From positions 1 to 30,744 of IMG/VR virus record IMGVR_UViG_3300032227_000555: a stretch of DNA of 30,744 nucleotides; one strand, written 5' to 3'. A program made the translations under genes and the position numbers. Under the pieces are notes generated by a model. The model searched no databases, was not told where the DNA came from, and was given only the letters and a program-made list of their open reading frames with translations. Shown here in pieces: positions 1 to 8,479 of this stretch. The DNA comes from a virus (lineage: Duplodnaviria > Caudoviricetes). Each line of letters starts with the position of its first letter. Position 1 is the stretch's first letter.

Positions 1-123
1 ATCCTTATTAATTAATACGTTTACATAAGGAATTTTACCCAATGTGTATTGTATTTCCTTTGTATTATCGCCTAATATACAAAAATTATTGATTGGATTT
101 GTTTGATTTATTCCACCTGTATA
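1..123. repeat. Terminal direct repeat, copy 1 (circular assembly overlap)
   Basis: 1..123 is identical to 30622..30744; a CDS reads through the junction in frame. Confidence 0.97.
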
Positions 124-537
124 ATTAGAATAGCCATCAACTGCACCGCCAATAATATAATCACCAGTAAAAATACCTAAACAATCATCAGCCTCATAGG
201 TTCCTGAATCTGCAAGTACTCGTGTTTTAAATGCTAATGTTTTATTAGTATTATTTGAATATAAAACAGCCTTATAATTTACAAATGATGTATTTGATTC
301 AAGTTCTGGTCCCGTTGGAATAATAGGATTAATATTTTCAATGTATTCGCGCAAGTAAGGTGCTATATTATAAATCGTTGACCTTTGAGAATTAGATGCA
401 ACATTTTTTGAAAGTGTATAAGTTGCACTTACATTAATATTATTTGGATAATTCCAAAGGAATAAATCTATTTTGCTTGTGGTTTGTAAAGCACCATTAA
501 TTTCAATAAGGTATGGTGATCGTGCGTAAATTATCAT
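1..537 (-). CDS. 5' part of a junction-spanning tail protein (about 383 aa: 537->1, then 30621->30007); distal-tail-like by position
   Basis: ATG at 537 overlaps the upstream stop (ATGA); open frame MIIYARSPYLIEIN... joins ...GKIPYVNVLINKD|TNERL across the overlap. Confidence 0.8.
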   Translation of the reverse strand, partial: MIIYARSPYLIEINGALQTTSKIDLFLWNYPNNINVSATYTLSKNVASNSQRSTIYNIAPYLREYIENINPIIPTGPELESNTSFVNYKAVLYSNNTNKTLAFKTRVLADSGTYEADDCLGIFTGDYIIGGAVDGYSNYTGGINQTNPINNFCILGDNTKEIQYTLGKIPYVNVLINKD

Positions 538-1070
538 TTTATTTTCTTTAATTCATAGTCTACAATATAGTCAACATCCATCGCAAAAGCCTGACCTATT
601 TCTCCATCAATATATTTTTTCTTTCCAGCTTCAAATGGTTTTGTAAAAAATAAACTTGGCCTTAAACCTGTTTGATAAATACTTCTAGTAATAATAAATG
701 CAGTTGATTGATAAGATATAAATCTACCACTCTTTTTATCTCTAAATTGTATTCCTTTTTGTTTTACCCATTTTTCAATTCCTTTTGTTAAGCCACCTTT
801 GGGACCTGACTTTTTACCAAATTGAAATATACTATTTGGTGCTTTGGCTGAACTACTTTTTCCCTTAACACCTTGATCCTGGTACATACCATAATCAGCC
901 ATGCTAAATCCAACTATTGTATAATCCTTTTCGCTTACTATCTCACCTTTAATGCTATTATATAACTCCTTTGTGTTATTCTTTTTGCTCTTGGATAGGT
1001 TTGACCTACTCTGTTGAATTACATAGTCCCTATAACGTTTTATTAAAGCTTGTGTGTTCTTTAATTCCAT
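534..1070 (-). CDS. Putative neck/tail-completion (virion morphogenesis) protein
   Basis: Basic 178-aa protein with YGMYQDQGVKG and GLRPSLFFTKPF; likely start at 1070 (TAATG overlap). Confidence 0.55.
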   Translation of the reverse strand: MELKNTQALIKRYRDYVIQQSRSNLSKSKKNNTKELYNSIKGEIVSEKDYTIVGFSMADYGMYQDQGVKGKSSSAKAPNSIFQFGKKSGPKGGLTKGIEKWVKQKGIQFRDKKSGRFISYQSTAFIITRSIYQTGLRPSLFFTKPFEAGKKKYIDGEIGQAFAMDVDYIVDYELKKIK

Positions 1071-1525
1071 TAGCAAATACTCATATCATTAGGTACAATT
1101 ATGTCAAATGTCAAAGTCCATCCTGCCACTTTATTTTCAAACCTATCAGTAAATGGTTCACATAATGGATCTCCATCAATCTGAACTAAATTGGTAAACA
1201 AATCACCACGTTTTAAACTACTTACTAATCTTTGTGCAATGGCTAACTGCTCATTTAACACATCTAATAAATTATCATTATTTTCAAAAACATTAATATT
1301 ATCTTCTTTACTTATATCAACAAGGTCCATAAATAAAATAGAAATATTATAATTACTTACATATTCTTTTGGACTTGCATTATTTACAATAATATGAGCC
1401 AATGAATAAATGGTTTGTTTGGCTAAATCAACTTCAAAGATGTCACCAGTAGTAACCGTATTGACAAAGCCTGTGTCTTTAATATAATCCCTTAACTTAT
1501 CTATAACGTAATAAAATCCGTTCAT
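1070..1525 (-). CDS. Putative tail terminator-like structural protein
   Basis: Acidic 151-aa protein ending in a beta-rich PFTDRFENKVAGWTLTFDI segment; tail-module position. Confidence 0.55.
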   Translation of the reverse strand: MNGFYYVIDKLRDYIKDTGFVNTVTTGDIFEVDLAKQTIYSLAHIIVNNASPKEYVSNYNISILFMDLVDISKEDNINVFENNDNLLDVLNEQLAIAQRLVSSLKRGDLFTNLVQIDGDPLCEPFTDRFENKVAGWTLTFDIIVPNDMSIC

Positions 1526-1776
1526 TATCTATTTTGATTTATCATTTTCATTTCTAATTCATTCTTTTGTTTTTCAAAACTTAAAAACATTAAGCATTGA
1601 TTAATGGAAAGTTTGGTAATTTCATCAAATCGTCTAACATCTCCTTGTGATAAGGCATAGATTGAAGAATACCAACCCCATCGCTTCCCAAATTGTGCTT
1701 GTTCGCTAAACTCATTGGATTGCTCTCCTCCAAAAAGGCTATCGTATTTTTCAATAATTCGCGTCCTAAAGTCCAA
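1525..1776 (-). CDS. Tail assembly chaperone, -1 frameshift extension (gpT-like)
   Basis: No ATG start; begins in the -1 frame exactly at a 9-T run; small helical domain. Confidence 0.7.
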   Translation of the reverse strand: MDFRTRIIEKYDSLFGGEQSNEFSEQAQFGKRWGWYSSIYALSQGDVRRFDEITKLSINQCLMFLSFEKQKNELEMKMINQNR

Positions 1777-2264
1777 AAAAAAACCTTACTACTTAATACA
1801 ACATCCATTGGAGCATCTAACATTAATTCTGAATACTTATCACTTCCCTCATAGTCCTCAATTAAGTATTTATTGCCTAATTTTTGTTTAATTGGTCTGT
1901 AAAGAACTGCCATACTTTTATGCGAATCCTCCCAGTCAACAATATACCCATCCAAGTCCATGTACTCGCCACTTGACATATCATTTAGGTTCGGAATAAA
2001 TCCAAACTCTGTACCATTTAAAGTAAACTTTGTTACTAACTCTGGAATCTTTTTAAACAATTCTGCAATCTGATTAACTGCATAATTTAAATCTTGCTGC
2101 TTCATCTTTGCAACTACAAATAAATCAACATTGCAAAATATCTGAACCATCTTTTGGTTTAGAAATGTGCCTTCTTCATTCTCGCTTGCTATCTTAACAA
2201 ACTTCTGATATTGGCTTAATTTAATCTCACTTAATGATGTCGGAATTGATATTTTAACCTTCAT
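1590..2264 (-). CDS. Tail assembly chaperone (gpG-like)
   Basis: 224 aa; contains GTT TTT TTT TGG slippery site encoding VFFW. Confidence 0.65.
   Translation of the reverse strand: MKVKISIPTSLSEIKLSQYQKFVKIASENEEGTFLNQKMVQIFCNVDLFVVAKMKQQDLNYAVNQIAELFKKIPELVTKFTLNGTEFGFIPNLNDMSSGEYMDLDGYIVDWEDSHKSMAVLYRPIKQKLGNKYLIEDYEGSDKYSELMLDAPMDVVLSSKVFFWTLGRELLKNTIAFLEESNPMSLANKHNLGSDGVGILQSMPYHKEMLDDLMKLPNFPLINA
1775..1783 (-). other. Programmed -1 ribosomal frameshift site (T9 run)
   Basis: AAG GTT TTT TTT TGG; the -1 frame is open for 83 codons. Confidence 0.75.
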
Positions 2265-2269
2265 AGTGT

Positions 2270-2294
2270 ATAAACGTAAATTGTTTGTTTTTGT
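2270..2294 (-). promoter_or_regulatory. Putative late promoter ACAAAA-N12-CGTTTAT
   Basis: One of four copies at the head of structural gene blocks. Confidence 0.65.
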
Positions 2295-2295
2295 C

Positions 2296-3501
2296 TTAAT
2301 ATATGTGATAATTCCCTTGATTTGGATTATCTAAATGGTAGATTATATTGTATCTAATCGCATCAATAATATGATTCCAAGCATCAAGGTATAATTTAGA
2401 TGCCTTATTTAAGTAAACATAGTTGTTAAATTCTTTGGCAATGTTTTGTGATTGTGGATCTACAATGATTTGATAGTCTTGCATTCTTACTATACCAGAT
2501 TCAATAGTGCCTTTCTTTACCGGTTGAATATTAATTCCTTGATAACGTAAGTCATCTATTAGTCTTGGCTCTGCGGAATCTGCAATGATTAAACCATTAT
2601 TACATTTCTCTTTTATTAATGATGCCAAAATATGTGTCTTTAATCCACGTTCATAAATTACCTCCTTGACATAGATTATCTTTTTTGCTTTGTCAATGGC
2701 AACTTCAGCCAAAGCATCAGGATCAATTGAAAATCCAAAGTCCATACCAAATGATGTTTGTAGTTTATTAGGATTAAATTCCCCAAACTTCCAATTGGTA
2801 AAAACTACTCCTTCAGCCTTATCTAACCAACCTCCTAAAATTGTATGCTGATATTTTTTAGGATTTGTTTCTTGTAAGTTTTCAATTTGGGAAATAAATG
2901 AATTAGATAAATATTTTTCATTGTCTTTATAAGTTGTATGAATGTAAGTTGTATCTTTTTTTATTAATGATGACCCAGCATCCACTCCTTTATTTTCAAA
3001 GAATCTTTTGTAAATAAAATGCTCTTTGGTTACTGGATTTAAAATCAATATTACCCTATTTTGCTTTGAGTTATGCCTAACTGATAAATCAATCTTATCA
3101 AATACATCTTCATCAACTAATTCTTCAGCTTCATCAAGTACAAATGTAGTTACTCCAGCCAATGACTTTAAATTAGCCGTTTGCGTTCCACTTGATGTTT
3201 TAATTCCCTTAAATATTATCCTTGAATTAGTTTGAGTATTAATAATCTCATCCTTTGTTATGTAAAAATGGTCTTGTAATCCTGCCGTTTCAATCTTATC
3301 TGTAAACTCTGGAATGATTGACACATGAGCTGATGTTAGTGTATATCTTGTAAATAGTATTACATGATCTACTTCGTATGTTAAAAGTAAAAGGAATGAG
3401 TTTAAAGCATAGGATTTACCCGAACCACGACCACCAGTTATAACATAGTATCTTGAATCAGAATAAAATAACGGCTTATATTTATCATTTAAACTTATCA
3501 C
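2296..3501 (-). CDS. terL: Terminase large subunit (PBSX/Terminase_3-like)
   Basis: Walker A GGRGSGKS, Walker B FVLDEAEE, ILILNP motif, nuclease GMDFGFSIDP and NHIIDAIRY. Confidence 0.97.
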   Translation of the reverse strand: MISLNDKYKPLFYSDSRYYVITGGRGSGKSYALNSFLLLLTYEVDHVILFTRYTLTSAHVSIIPEFTDKIETAGLQDHFYITKDEIINTQTNSRIIFKGIKTSSGTQTANLKSLAGVTTFVLDEAEELVDEDVFDKIDLSVRHNSKQNRVILILNPVTKEHFIYKRFFENKGVDAGSSLIKKDTTYIHTTYKDNEKYLSNSFISQIENLQETNPKKYQHTILGGWLDKAEGVVFTNWKFGEFNPNKLQTSFGMDFGFSIDPDALAEVAIDKAKKIIYVKEVIYERGLKTHILASLIKEKCNNGLIIADSAEPRLIDDLRYQGINIQPVKKGTIESGIVRMQDYQIIVDPQSQNIAKEFNNYVYLNKASKLYLDAWNHIIDAIRYNIIYHLDNPNQGNYHIY

Positions 3502-3770
3502 TCAAATTTGACAATGTCTTTGATGTCGAAATCGTTAATTGTATGTGTATTGTTTTGATCTATAACTTGTTTTGGCATACCATACCTGTATTGTAGCCAA
3601 GTCTTGATGGCATTTGTATCACCTTCATCAACTCTTTCAGCCAACTTAATCCATACAGCTTCAGGGACCTTAACTAAATCCATAGTTTCAATCAATGAAA
3701 TTACTTCATCTTTTTTTAGTCTTCCCGAATTTGGTCTGGCACCTCCTCTTTGTTTTTTTATCTCTTCCAT
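3498..3770 (-). CDS. terS: Terminase small subunit (putative)
   Basis: RGGARPNSGR N-terminus, helical core with AIKTWLQYRYGMPKQ, overlaps the terL start. Confidence 0.75.
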   Translation of the reverse strand: MEEIKKQRGGARPNSGRLKKDEVISLIETMDLVKVPEAVWIKLAERVDEGDTNAIKTWLQYRYGMPKQVIDQNNTHTINDFDIKDIVKFE

Positions 3771-3791
3771 TGAAAAAAATTGAAATCCAAA

Positions 3792-4223
3792 TTAAAATTT
3801 AATTCCTACTGCATTTGTATTCTTATCGATTAAATCTAATTCCTGTTGATTATTATCATAATGAATATCAATATCTAATCTTTTAATTGTTTCCCACTTC
3901 ATTTTACCATTAGTAAAATAGACCTTTGATTTTGGTATTCCTAATTCATCTGCAACTTTATAAACTTCTGCCGATGCTGATTCTTGCCTTCTTGTAATGA
4001 TATAAACATCCTTTCCTTGAGTTATTAATCTCTTGGCTAATGTTTGCCCTCTCTTTGTGGATAATGTATCATCAAAATCAAAAGAAACCTTATTTGCTTC
4101 AGCTGCATACTCACCTTTGGAAATTATAGCCACATAAACTTCTGTTGCTTTCTCTTTGGTATCATAAATACAATCACCTGTACCTACTCTCCATTTTCCA
4201 TTACTGCATTGAATTACTGGCAT
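3792..4223 (-). CDS. HAD-superfamily hydrolase-like protein with N-terminal extension
   Basis: Motif I SFDFDDTL, motif II IITRR, K, and motif IV HYDNN. Confidence 0.7.
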   Translation of the reverse strand: MPVIQCSNGKWRVGTGDCIYDTKEKATEVYVAIISKGEYAAEANKVSFDFDDTLSTKRGQTLAKRLITQGKDVYIITRRQESASAEVYKVADELGIPKSKVYFTNGKMKWETIKRLDIDIHYDNNQQELDLIDKNTNAVGIKF

Positions 4224-4603
4224 TATATTTCCTCTTTAGTTTTATGTTCTATGTAAACCTTGCGTAATTTGCCTATTGTATCTCGCCAGCATGAATCACA
4301 TGATGTTTGTTGTAATCTTACATTAAAGACATTAAAATAAATATTAGATAAATCATTTTGTATCATTGGTGTTATGCTTTCATGATTAGCACCAAAGAAT
4401 TGATCTAAATATTGATAATCCTCTATTGATAAACATTGTGGATTATTGTAAGGAAATAATTTATTTAGTACTTCCTTTCTTTTTTCACATCCACAATCAA
4501 AACCTATTGCTTCTGCTAATTTGTCAACTCCAGCCTTTATACCGGTTGCTTCTGTGAACTTTTCTATTGAATCTCCAAGTCCTTGTGATTTTCTTTTGCC
4601 CAT
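4223..4603 (-). CDS. Cys-containing hypothetical phage protein
   Basis: GLGDSIEKFTEATGIK, DCGC and CDSC motifs; tightly packed with its neighbours. Confidence 0.6.
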   Translation of the reverse strand: MGKRKSQGLGDSIEKFTEATGIKAGVDKLAEAIGFDCGCEKRKEVLNKLFPYNNPQCLSIEDYQYLDQFFGANHESITPMIQNDLSNIYFNVFNVRLQQTSCDSCWRDTIGKLRKVYIEHKTKEEI

Positions 4604-5043
4604 TGTTTTAATTTGTTTTTACAATTTCTAATTGTGTTGTAAATTGAGGTGAATGATATGCCAGATTCTCTCGACATTTTACGCATTGATATTCCTTTTT
4701 TTAAATAAACTGAAAATAGCATTTGGTCGTAATAGTTCCAAGTTGCTATGTAATCAAAATAAGGTTTAGTTGATTCGATTATTAAATCCTCTGTTAAATA
4801 ATCTGAAATTAAGTATTCAATCTCCTTTGTAAACTCTACCTTTATTATTTTTACTCTTGATAAATCAGCAGTTAGGCTTCGTAATGTATAATAGAAATAA
4901 GCCTCATTTATTTCTTTATTCTTTTCTAAAATCTTAATGTATGCTTCTTGTACTATGTCTTCAGCATAAACTACCTCGCCAAACTTACGAACAATGTTAA
5001 TCCAATGTCTATGTCGCTTGACAAGGTGATCTATTGCATTCAC
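4564..5043 (-). CDS. ECF-like sigma-70 factor (putative late transcription factor)
   Basis: Region 2 AEDIVQEAYIKI; region 4 HTH SMRKMSRESGISFTSIYNTI; lies upstream of the terminase genes. Confidence 0.8.
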   Translation of the reverse strand: MNAIDHLVKRHRHWINIVRKFGEVVYAEDIVQEAYIKILEKNKEINEAYFYYTLRSLTADLSRVKIIKVEFTKEIEYLISDYLTEDLIIESTKPYFDYIATWNYYDQMLFSVYLKKGISMRKMSRESGISFTSIYNTIRNCKNKLKQWAKENHKDLEIQ

Positions 5044-5059
5044 TTTATATTTTTTAGAA

Positions 5060-5260
5060 CTAGGTTTTTTGTAATTCGTGATTTATGTACCATAATGCTT
5101 TTTCTAAATCTTGCTTCTTATTTCCTTTCTTGTCTGCTCTTAAAATATATTTAATTGAATTTCCAAGATTAAAATTAAGATTAAAAGAATCGATAATATC
5201 AATCACTTCAATCTCATTGCTTTGATAATGTTGTGGGTGATCTATTAAATTATTACTCAT
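5060..5260 (-). CDS. DUF3310 (SaV-like) protein
   Basis: DHPQHY...EVIDII...GNSIKYILRA..KG..QDLEKALWY. Confidence 0.85.
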   Translation of the reverse strand: MSNNLIDHPQHYQSNEIEVIDIIDSFNLNFNLGNSIKYILRADKKGNKKQDLEKALWYINHELQKT

Positions 5261-5280
5261 GCGCAAAGTTTAATAAAAAT

Positions 5281-5487
5281 TTATTTAAATTCCAAATAAT
5301 CTTTAATTTTTTTTGTTTGTCTGTAAGCTGGGTATGATGATCCATTTTCCATTAAAATTCTATTCTTATTTATTTCAAGGCTAAAATTTAAATCTAAATA
5401 GGTAGCACAATCAATTTGTATTTGTCTTGTTGGATATTCTAACATCTTATCAATCCATTTAATTGCATTCTTATAATTTTCTTTCAA
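5281..5487 (-). CDS. Hypothetical protein
   Basis: 68-aa ORF overlapping the upstream stop. Confidence 0.6.
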   Translation of the reverse strand: MKENYKNAIKWIDKMLEYPTRQIQIDCATYLDLNFSLEINKNRILMENGSSYPAYRQTKKIKDYLEFK

Positions 5488-5834
5488 ATCTCATCTGCTT
5501 TAAACTTTTTTATTAATTCGATGCAATCATCTAATCTTCGAACAATCGTGTAATAATACCCATGTGCAAGTGCTATCTGTTGAAATGCTTTTTGATTTGG
5601 TTGCTGGCTTCCTTTTTCAATCTTAACCTCGACAAATAAACCTTTCCAATTTTTATTAGATATCATCCAAAACATATCAGCAACCCCAGCTTTAGCACCT
5701 TCCATTTTTAATTTTATTGCCACAAGCCTATGCCTTGCTCCTCCATTTGGAATGGCAAAATAATAAAAGTCTTGTGTAAAATCTAGCCAATGGCAAATAG
5801 CTACTTGGAGTTTATGTTCATATTCATTTCTCAC
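5484..5834 (-). CDS. VRR-NUC domain nuclease (putative junction resolvase)
   Basis: EHKLQ, IPNGGAR, GVADM, FVEVK, QKAF (PD-(D/E)xK signature). Confidence 0.9.
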   Translation of the reverse strand: MRNEYEHKLQVAICHWLDFTQDFYYFAIPNGGARHRLVAIKLKMEGAKAGVADMFWMISNKNWKGLFVEVKIEKGSQQPNQKAFQQIALAHGYYYTIVRRLDDCIELIKKFKADEI

Positions 5835-6058
5835 AATTTTTCTATTTCATGTTTAACTTCTTGCCAATAATTATGTCTATTATAATATCCGTTTGTAAAA
5901 TATGCTTCTTCTATTAATTCTTCAACTGCAATTAATGCACATTGTTTAGCACTATTATTATCCTCAATCCATTTATGTATAATACTATCCCATTTAGTCA
6001 TGTAATTATATTCAAAAAATTTATCTACTAATTCTTCTGCTTTTTCTTTAGGTGTCAT
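5831..6058 (-). CDS. Hypothetical phage protein
   Basis: MTPKEKAEELV...AKQCALIAVEE...YWQEVKHEIEKL. Confidence 0.7.
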   Translation of the reverse strand: MTPKEKAEELVDKFFEYNYMTKWDSIIHKWIEDNNSAKQCALIAVEELIEEAYFTNGYYNRHNYWQEVKHEIEKL

Positions 6059-6091
6059 AACTTTATTAATTTAGGATTATTTTCTAAAATA

Positions 6092-6244
6092 TTAGCAATT
6101 CTGTTCTTTTAATATATCATTAATAATATGCAATGTGTCTTCTAAAAATTCATCAATAGATATATTAGCATCATCAATATGACTATCATTCCAACCATAA
6201 TCTTTTACAAGCAATTCTCTAATTTTTGCTACGGTGATGTTCAT
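6092..6244 (-). CDS. Hypothetical protein
   Basis: Likely start MNITVAK at 6244, which removes the overlap with the upstream gene. Confidence 0.5.
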   Translation of the reverse strand: MNITVAKIRELLVKDYGWNDSHIDDANISIDEFLEDTLHIINDILKEQNC

Positions 6245-6248
6245 TGTT

Positions 6249-6443
6249 TTATTGTTTGTAAGTTTCGTTGTAATATTGTTGCCCTCCACCATTATTTATA
6301 TCGTATTTAAAACCTTCATCAAATGAATCAATTATCTGCTCTTTCTCCATTTGTTTGGCTATTTTATATAACATAAGAGTATCAAAATCCTCTAAATCTT
6401 GTTTTGTAAATAACCAATCCACTGCTGTTTGTTTATTTTCCAT
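6249..6443 (-). CDS. Hypothetical phage protein
   Basis: KQTAVDWL...AKQMEKEQII...QYYNETY. Confidence 0.7.
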   Translation of the reverse strand: MENKQTAVDWLFTKQDLEDFDTLMLYKIAKQMEKEQIIDSFDEGFKYDINNGGGQQYYNETYKQ

Positions 6444-6642
6444 TGCTATTATATTTTAATCTTCCGTGACTTGTGTATAACCTTAAATCTATTGTATCAG
6501 TGTAGATATCCTCAGATTCGGAAATTCCGAATACCCACTTTGGTTCGTTATTTTTTTGTATTGTCTGATTATTTTTTGTCGAGCAATAATAAGCATAGCA
6601 AATTAATGCCAGTGCAGTTACGTAAATTAGTTTTCTTTTCAT
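6433..6642 (-). CDS. Small membrane-anchored hypothetical protein
   Basis: N-terminal hydrophobic helix. Confidence 0.55.
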   Translation of the reverse strand: MKRKLIYVTALALICYAYYCSTKNNQTIQKNNEPKWVFGISESEDIYTDTIDLRLYTSHGRLKYNSNGK

Positions 6643-7391
6643 TATTCGTTTGGTTTAATATTTCCATCTTGATCAATATGACAATCAAATGTAGCTAAAG
6701 AATTTATAAATTTAATATATCCTTGAGTTTTGCAATGTAGTTTACGTTCTTCAACATCTTGAATATTAGAATACTTATCCCAAAGTTCAATTTTTTCTTC
6801 CCTTGAAATTGTAGGTATTTTAAATTGTTCTAAATAATCAAACAAGATTGATAAGCCTCCAGCAATAAACGTAAACTTCTTATCGTTTTGTTCGCAAAAT
6901 CTAATTTGCTTTGCGTATTCATTGGCTGTGTCAATGGCTTGCTTCTTTAATTCTTGATCACTTGGTACTGGTGTCTTTTCTTCTTTTTGTTTTTCCTTTG
7001 CAACCTTACTTAAAACTTCATTTTTTTCGTAATAATATTTCTTTATCCATTGCACAAAAATAGATGAATTAAAAAATACTGATGATTCAGATTGATTCAA
7101 ATACTCGCCATTTAATCCATTGTTTACGGCAATCATTATATCATCCTCTGAATAGTTACCAAATGCCTCAAGATCGAATAAAATAAGTTTTATATCCATT
7201 TCATCCTCACCTTTATTTTTGTCCTTTAAACCTAATTTGGCTTTGGCTAATGCAACTACTTTCATTGCAATTTTTACTTTTTGGCTTTCTGCTAATAATT
7301 TAATTGCTGGCTTTAAATATGCCTGATAAATTAAATCTTCTCTTTTAGTCAAATAATTATTTTCTACTGAACGGGTTATTAAAAGTTCCAT
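6642..7391 (-). CDS. Replication-associated protein (possible helicase loader)
   Basis: 249 aa directly downstream of the initiator; function inferred from position only. Confidence 0.4.
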   Translation of the reverse strand: MELLITRSVENNYLTKREDLIYQAYLKPAIKLLAESQKVKIAMKVVALAKAKLGLKDKNKGEDEMDIKLILFDLEAFGNYSEDDIMIAVNNGLNGEYLNQSESSVFFNSSIFVQWIKKYYYEKNEVLSKVAKEKQKEEKTPVPSDQELKKQAIDTANEYAKQIRFCEQNDKKFTFIAGGLSILFDYLEQFKIPTISREEKIELWDKYSNIQDVEERKLHCKTQGYIKFINSLATFDCHIDQDGNIKPNE

Positions 7392-8130
7392 CTTCTATTT
7401 GTTTTAAAAGTTTATGTTCTAACTCTTGTAAATTTTCAAAGTTCTTTTGATGATTCCCTTTTTTTTCTAAAGGTTGATGATAAATAATCTCATCGTTCCA
7501 ACATTTATTATTTAAATAAGTAGATGGATTTTTTCTAAATTTAATATCTTGATTTGCATTTACATAATCTTCTATCGTAGATAAAATATTATCAATATCA
7601 TTTCCAGATAATTTATTCCAAGTCTTCTCGCATTTAGATCTATCTAATTTTTTATTATAACAATCCCAAAAGAAATTAAAATCATTTTCGCGTTGTATAC
7701 TTGTAGATTTGTATACTTGTATATTTGTATTATTGTAAATTGGTATATCTATACTATCAATGCTTTGTATAGTGCTTTCCTTTTGCTTTGTACCATGCTT
7801 TATTAATGCTTTATCAAGTGCTTTACTATGTGCTTTATCAAAATTTGATAGAGCAACTATGTTAGCAGAATACTGATTTTTACTTCTTTCAACCACAATA
7901 ATTAACCCAATTTCTTCAAGGTCATTAAGAGTATTGATATAAGTATTATGAGATTTAATACCGATGGCTTCCATCGACATCATGCTTGGAAGACCAAATT
8001 TTTTCTTCCATCCTAACCTGTTACAATGCTCAATAATAAAGAAATATAAAGCACAATGATTTGGCTTTATTTTATCTGGATTATCATAAGCATAGTCCCA
8101 GAAGTTTCTTGACAAACTATATATGTCCAT
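7357..8130 (-). CDS. Replication initiator / replisome organizer
   Basis: N-terminal winged-helix-like region, repetitive linker, C-terminal FNFFWDCYNKK...RKNPSTYLNNKCWNDE. Confidence 0.8.
   Translation of the reverse strand: MDIYSLSRNFWDYAYDNPDKIKPNHCALYFFIIEHCNRLGWKKKFGLPSMMSMEAIGIKSHNTYINTLNDLEEIGLIIVVERSKNQYSANIVALSNFDKAHSKALDKALIKHGTKQKESTIQSIDSIDIPIYNNTNIQVYKSTSIQRENDFNFFWDCYNKKLDRSKCEKTWNKLSGNDIDNILSTIEDYVNANQDIKFRKNPSTYLNNKCWNDEIIYHQPLEKKGNHQKNFENLQELEHKLLKQIEDGTFNNPFSRK
7693..7855. repeat. Putative replication origin: 7 TGCTTT iterons plus 6 TTGTA repeats of 8-bp period
   Basis: TGCTTT at 7761, 7773, 7784, 7796, 7807, 7819, 7831; TTGTA at 7693, 7701, 7709, 7717, 7725, 7733. Confidence 0.7.
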
Positions 8131-8140
8131 TTTTTAAAAT

Positions 8141-8230
8141 AAAAAAGCCAGTCTGCGTAGGAGTGCAAAACTGGCTTTGGTTATTAAACCTTATTAATTA
8201 CCCAAGAACTCCTACCCTCTTGGACAATTA
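8141..8230 (-). promoter_or_regulatory. Structured 5' leader/attenuator with two hairpins whose loops are complementary
   Basis: Hairpin 1 loop GGGUAGGAGU; hairpin 2 loop ACUCCUAC followed by U6. Confidence 0.7.
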
Positions 8231-8235
8231 TATTA

Positions 8236-8243
8236 CAAATATA
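8236..8243 (-). promoter_or_regulatory. Bacteroidota-type -7 promoter element TATATTTG
   Basis: Matches TAnnTTTG; intergenic, just before the structured leader; no clear -33 element. Confidence 0.6.
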
Positions 8244-8249
8244 CAAAGA

Positions 8250-8348
8250 TTATTTCTTTTTTTTAGGAATAATACCTAGTTTCTTGTAATCTTTTTCTAA
8301 CTCTTTGGCTAAATAAATGTGCCAAGTATTATATGTTAATTTTTTCAT
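8250..8348 (-). CDS. Small basic protein (32 aa, not in ORF track)
   Basis: MKKLTYNTWHIYLAKELEKDYKKLGIIPKKKK; ATGA overlap with the upstream ORF. Confidence 0.5.
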   Translation of the reverse strand: MKKLTYNTWHIYLAKELEKDYKKLGIIPKKKK

Positions 8349-8479
8349 TGGTTGTAAATTTTAGTTATAATTTCGACAACTATTGCAAATATCCAGCATG
8401 ATATAATTCCTACAATTCCGACCATCGTAAAAAATTCAGCTATCTCACATGAATTATTGGACTTCCCTTGCTTTCTCAT
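8345..8479 (-). CDS. Small membrane protein (44 aa, not in ORF track)
   Basis: MRKQGKSNNSCEIAEFFTMVGIVGIISCWIFAIVVEIITKIYNQ; fills the gap with coupled overlaps. Confidence 0.5.
   Translation of the reverse strand: MRKQGKSNNSCEIAEFFTMVGIVGIISCWIFAIVVEIITKIYNQ

Noticed and set aside
1-123. 123-bp terminal repeat as a biological direct terminal repeat
   Set aside because: It falls inside a CDS that reads through in frame, so it is best explained as a circular assembly overlap
6865-6891. Fifth ACAAAA...CGTTTAT match
   Set aside because: Intragenic, with a 14-nt spacer instead of 11-12
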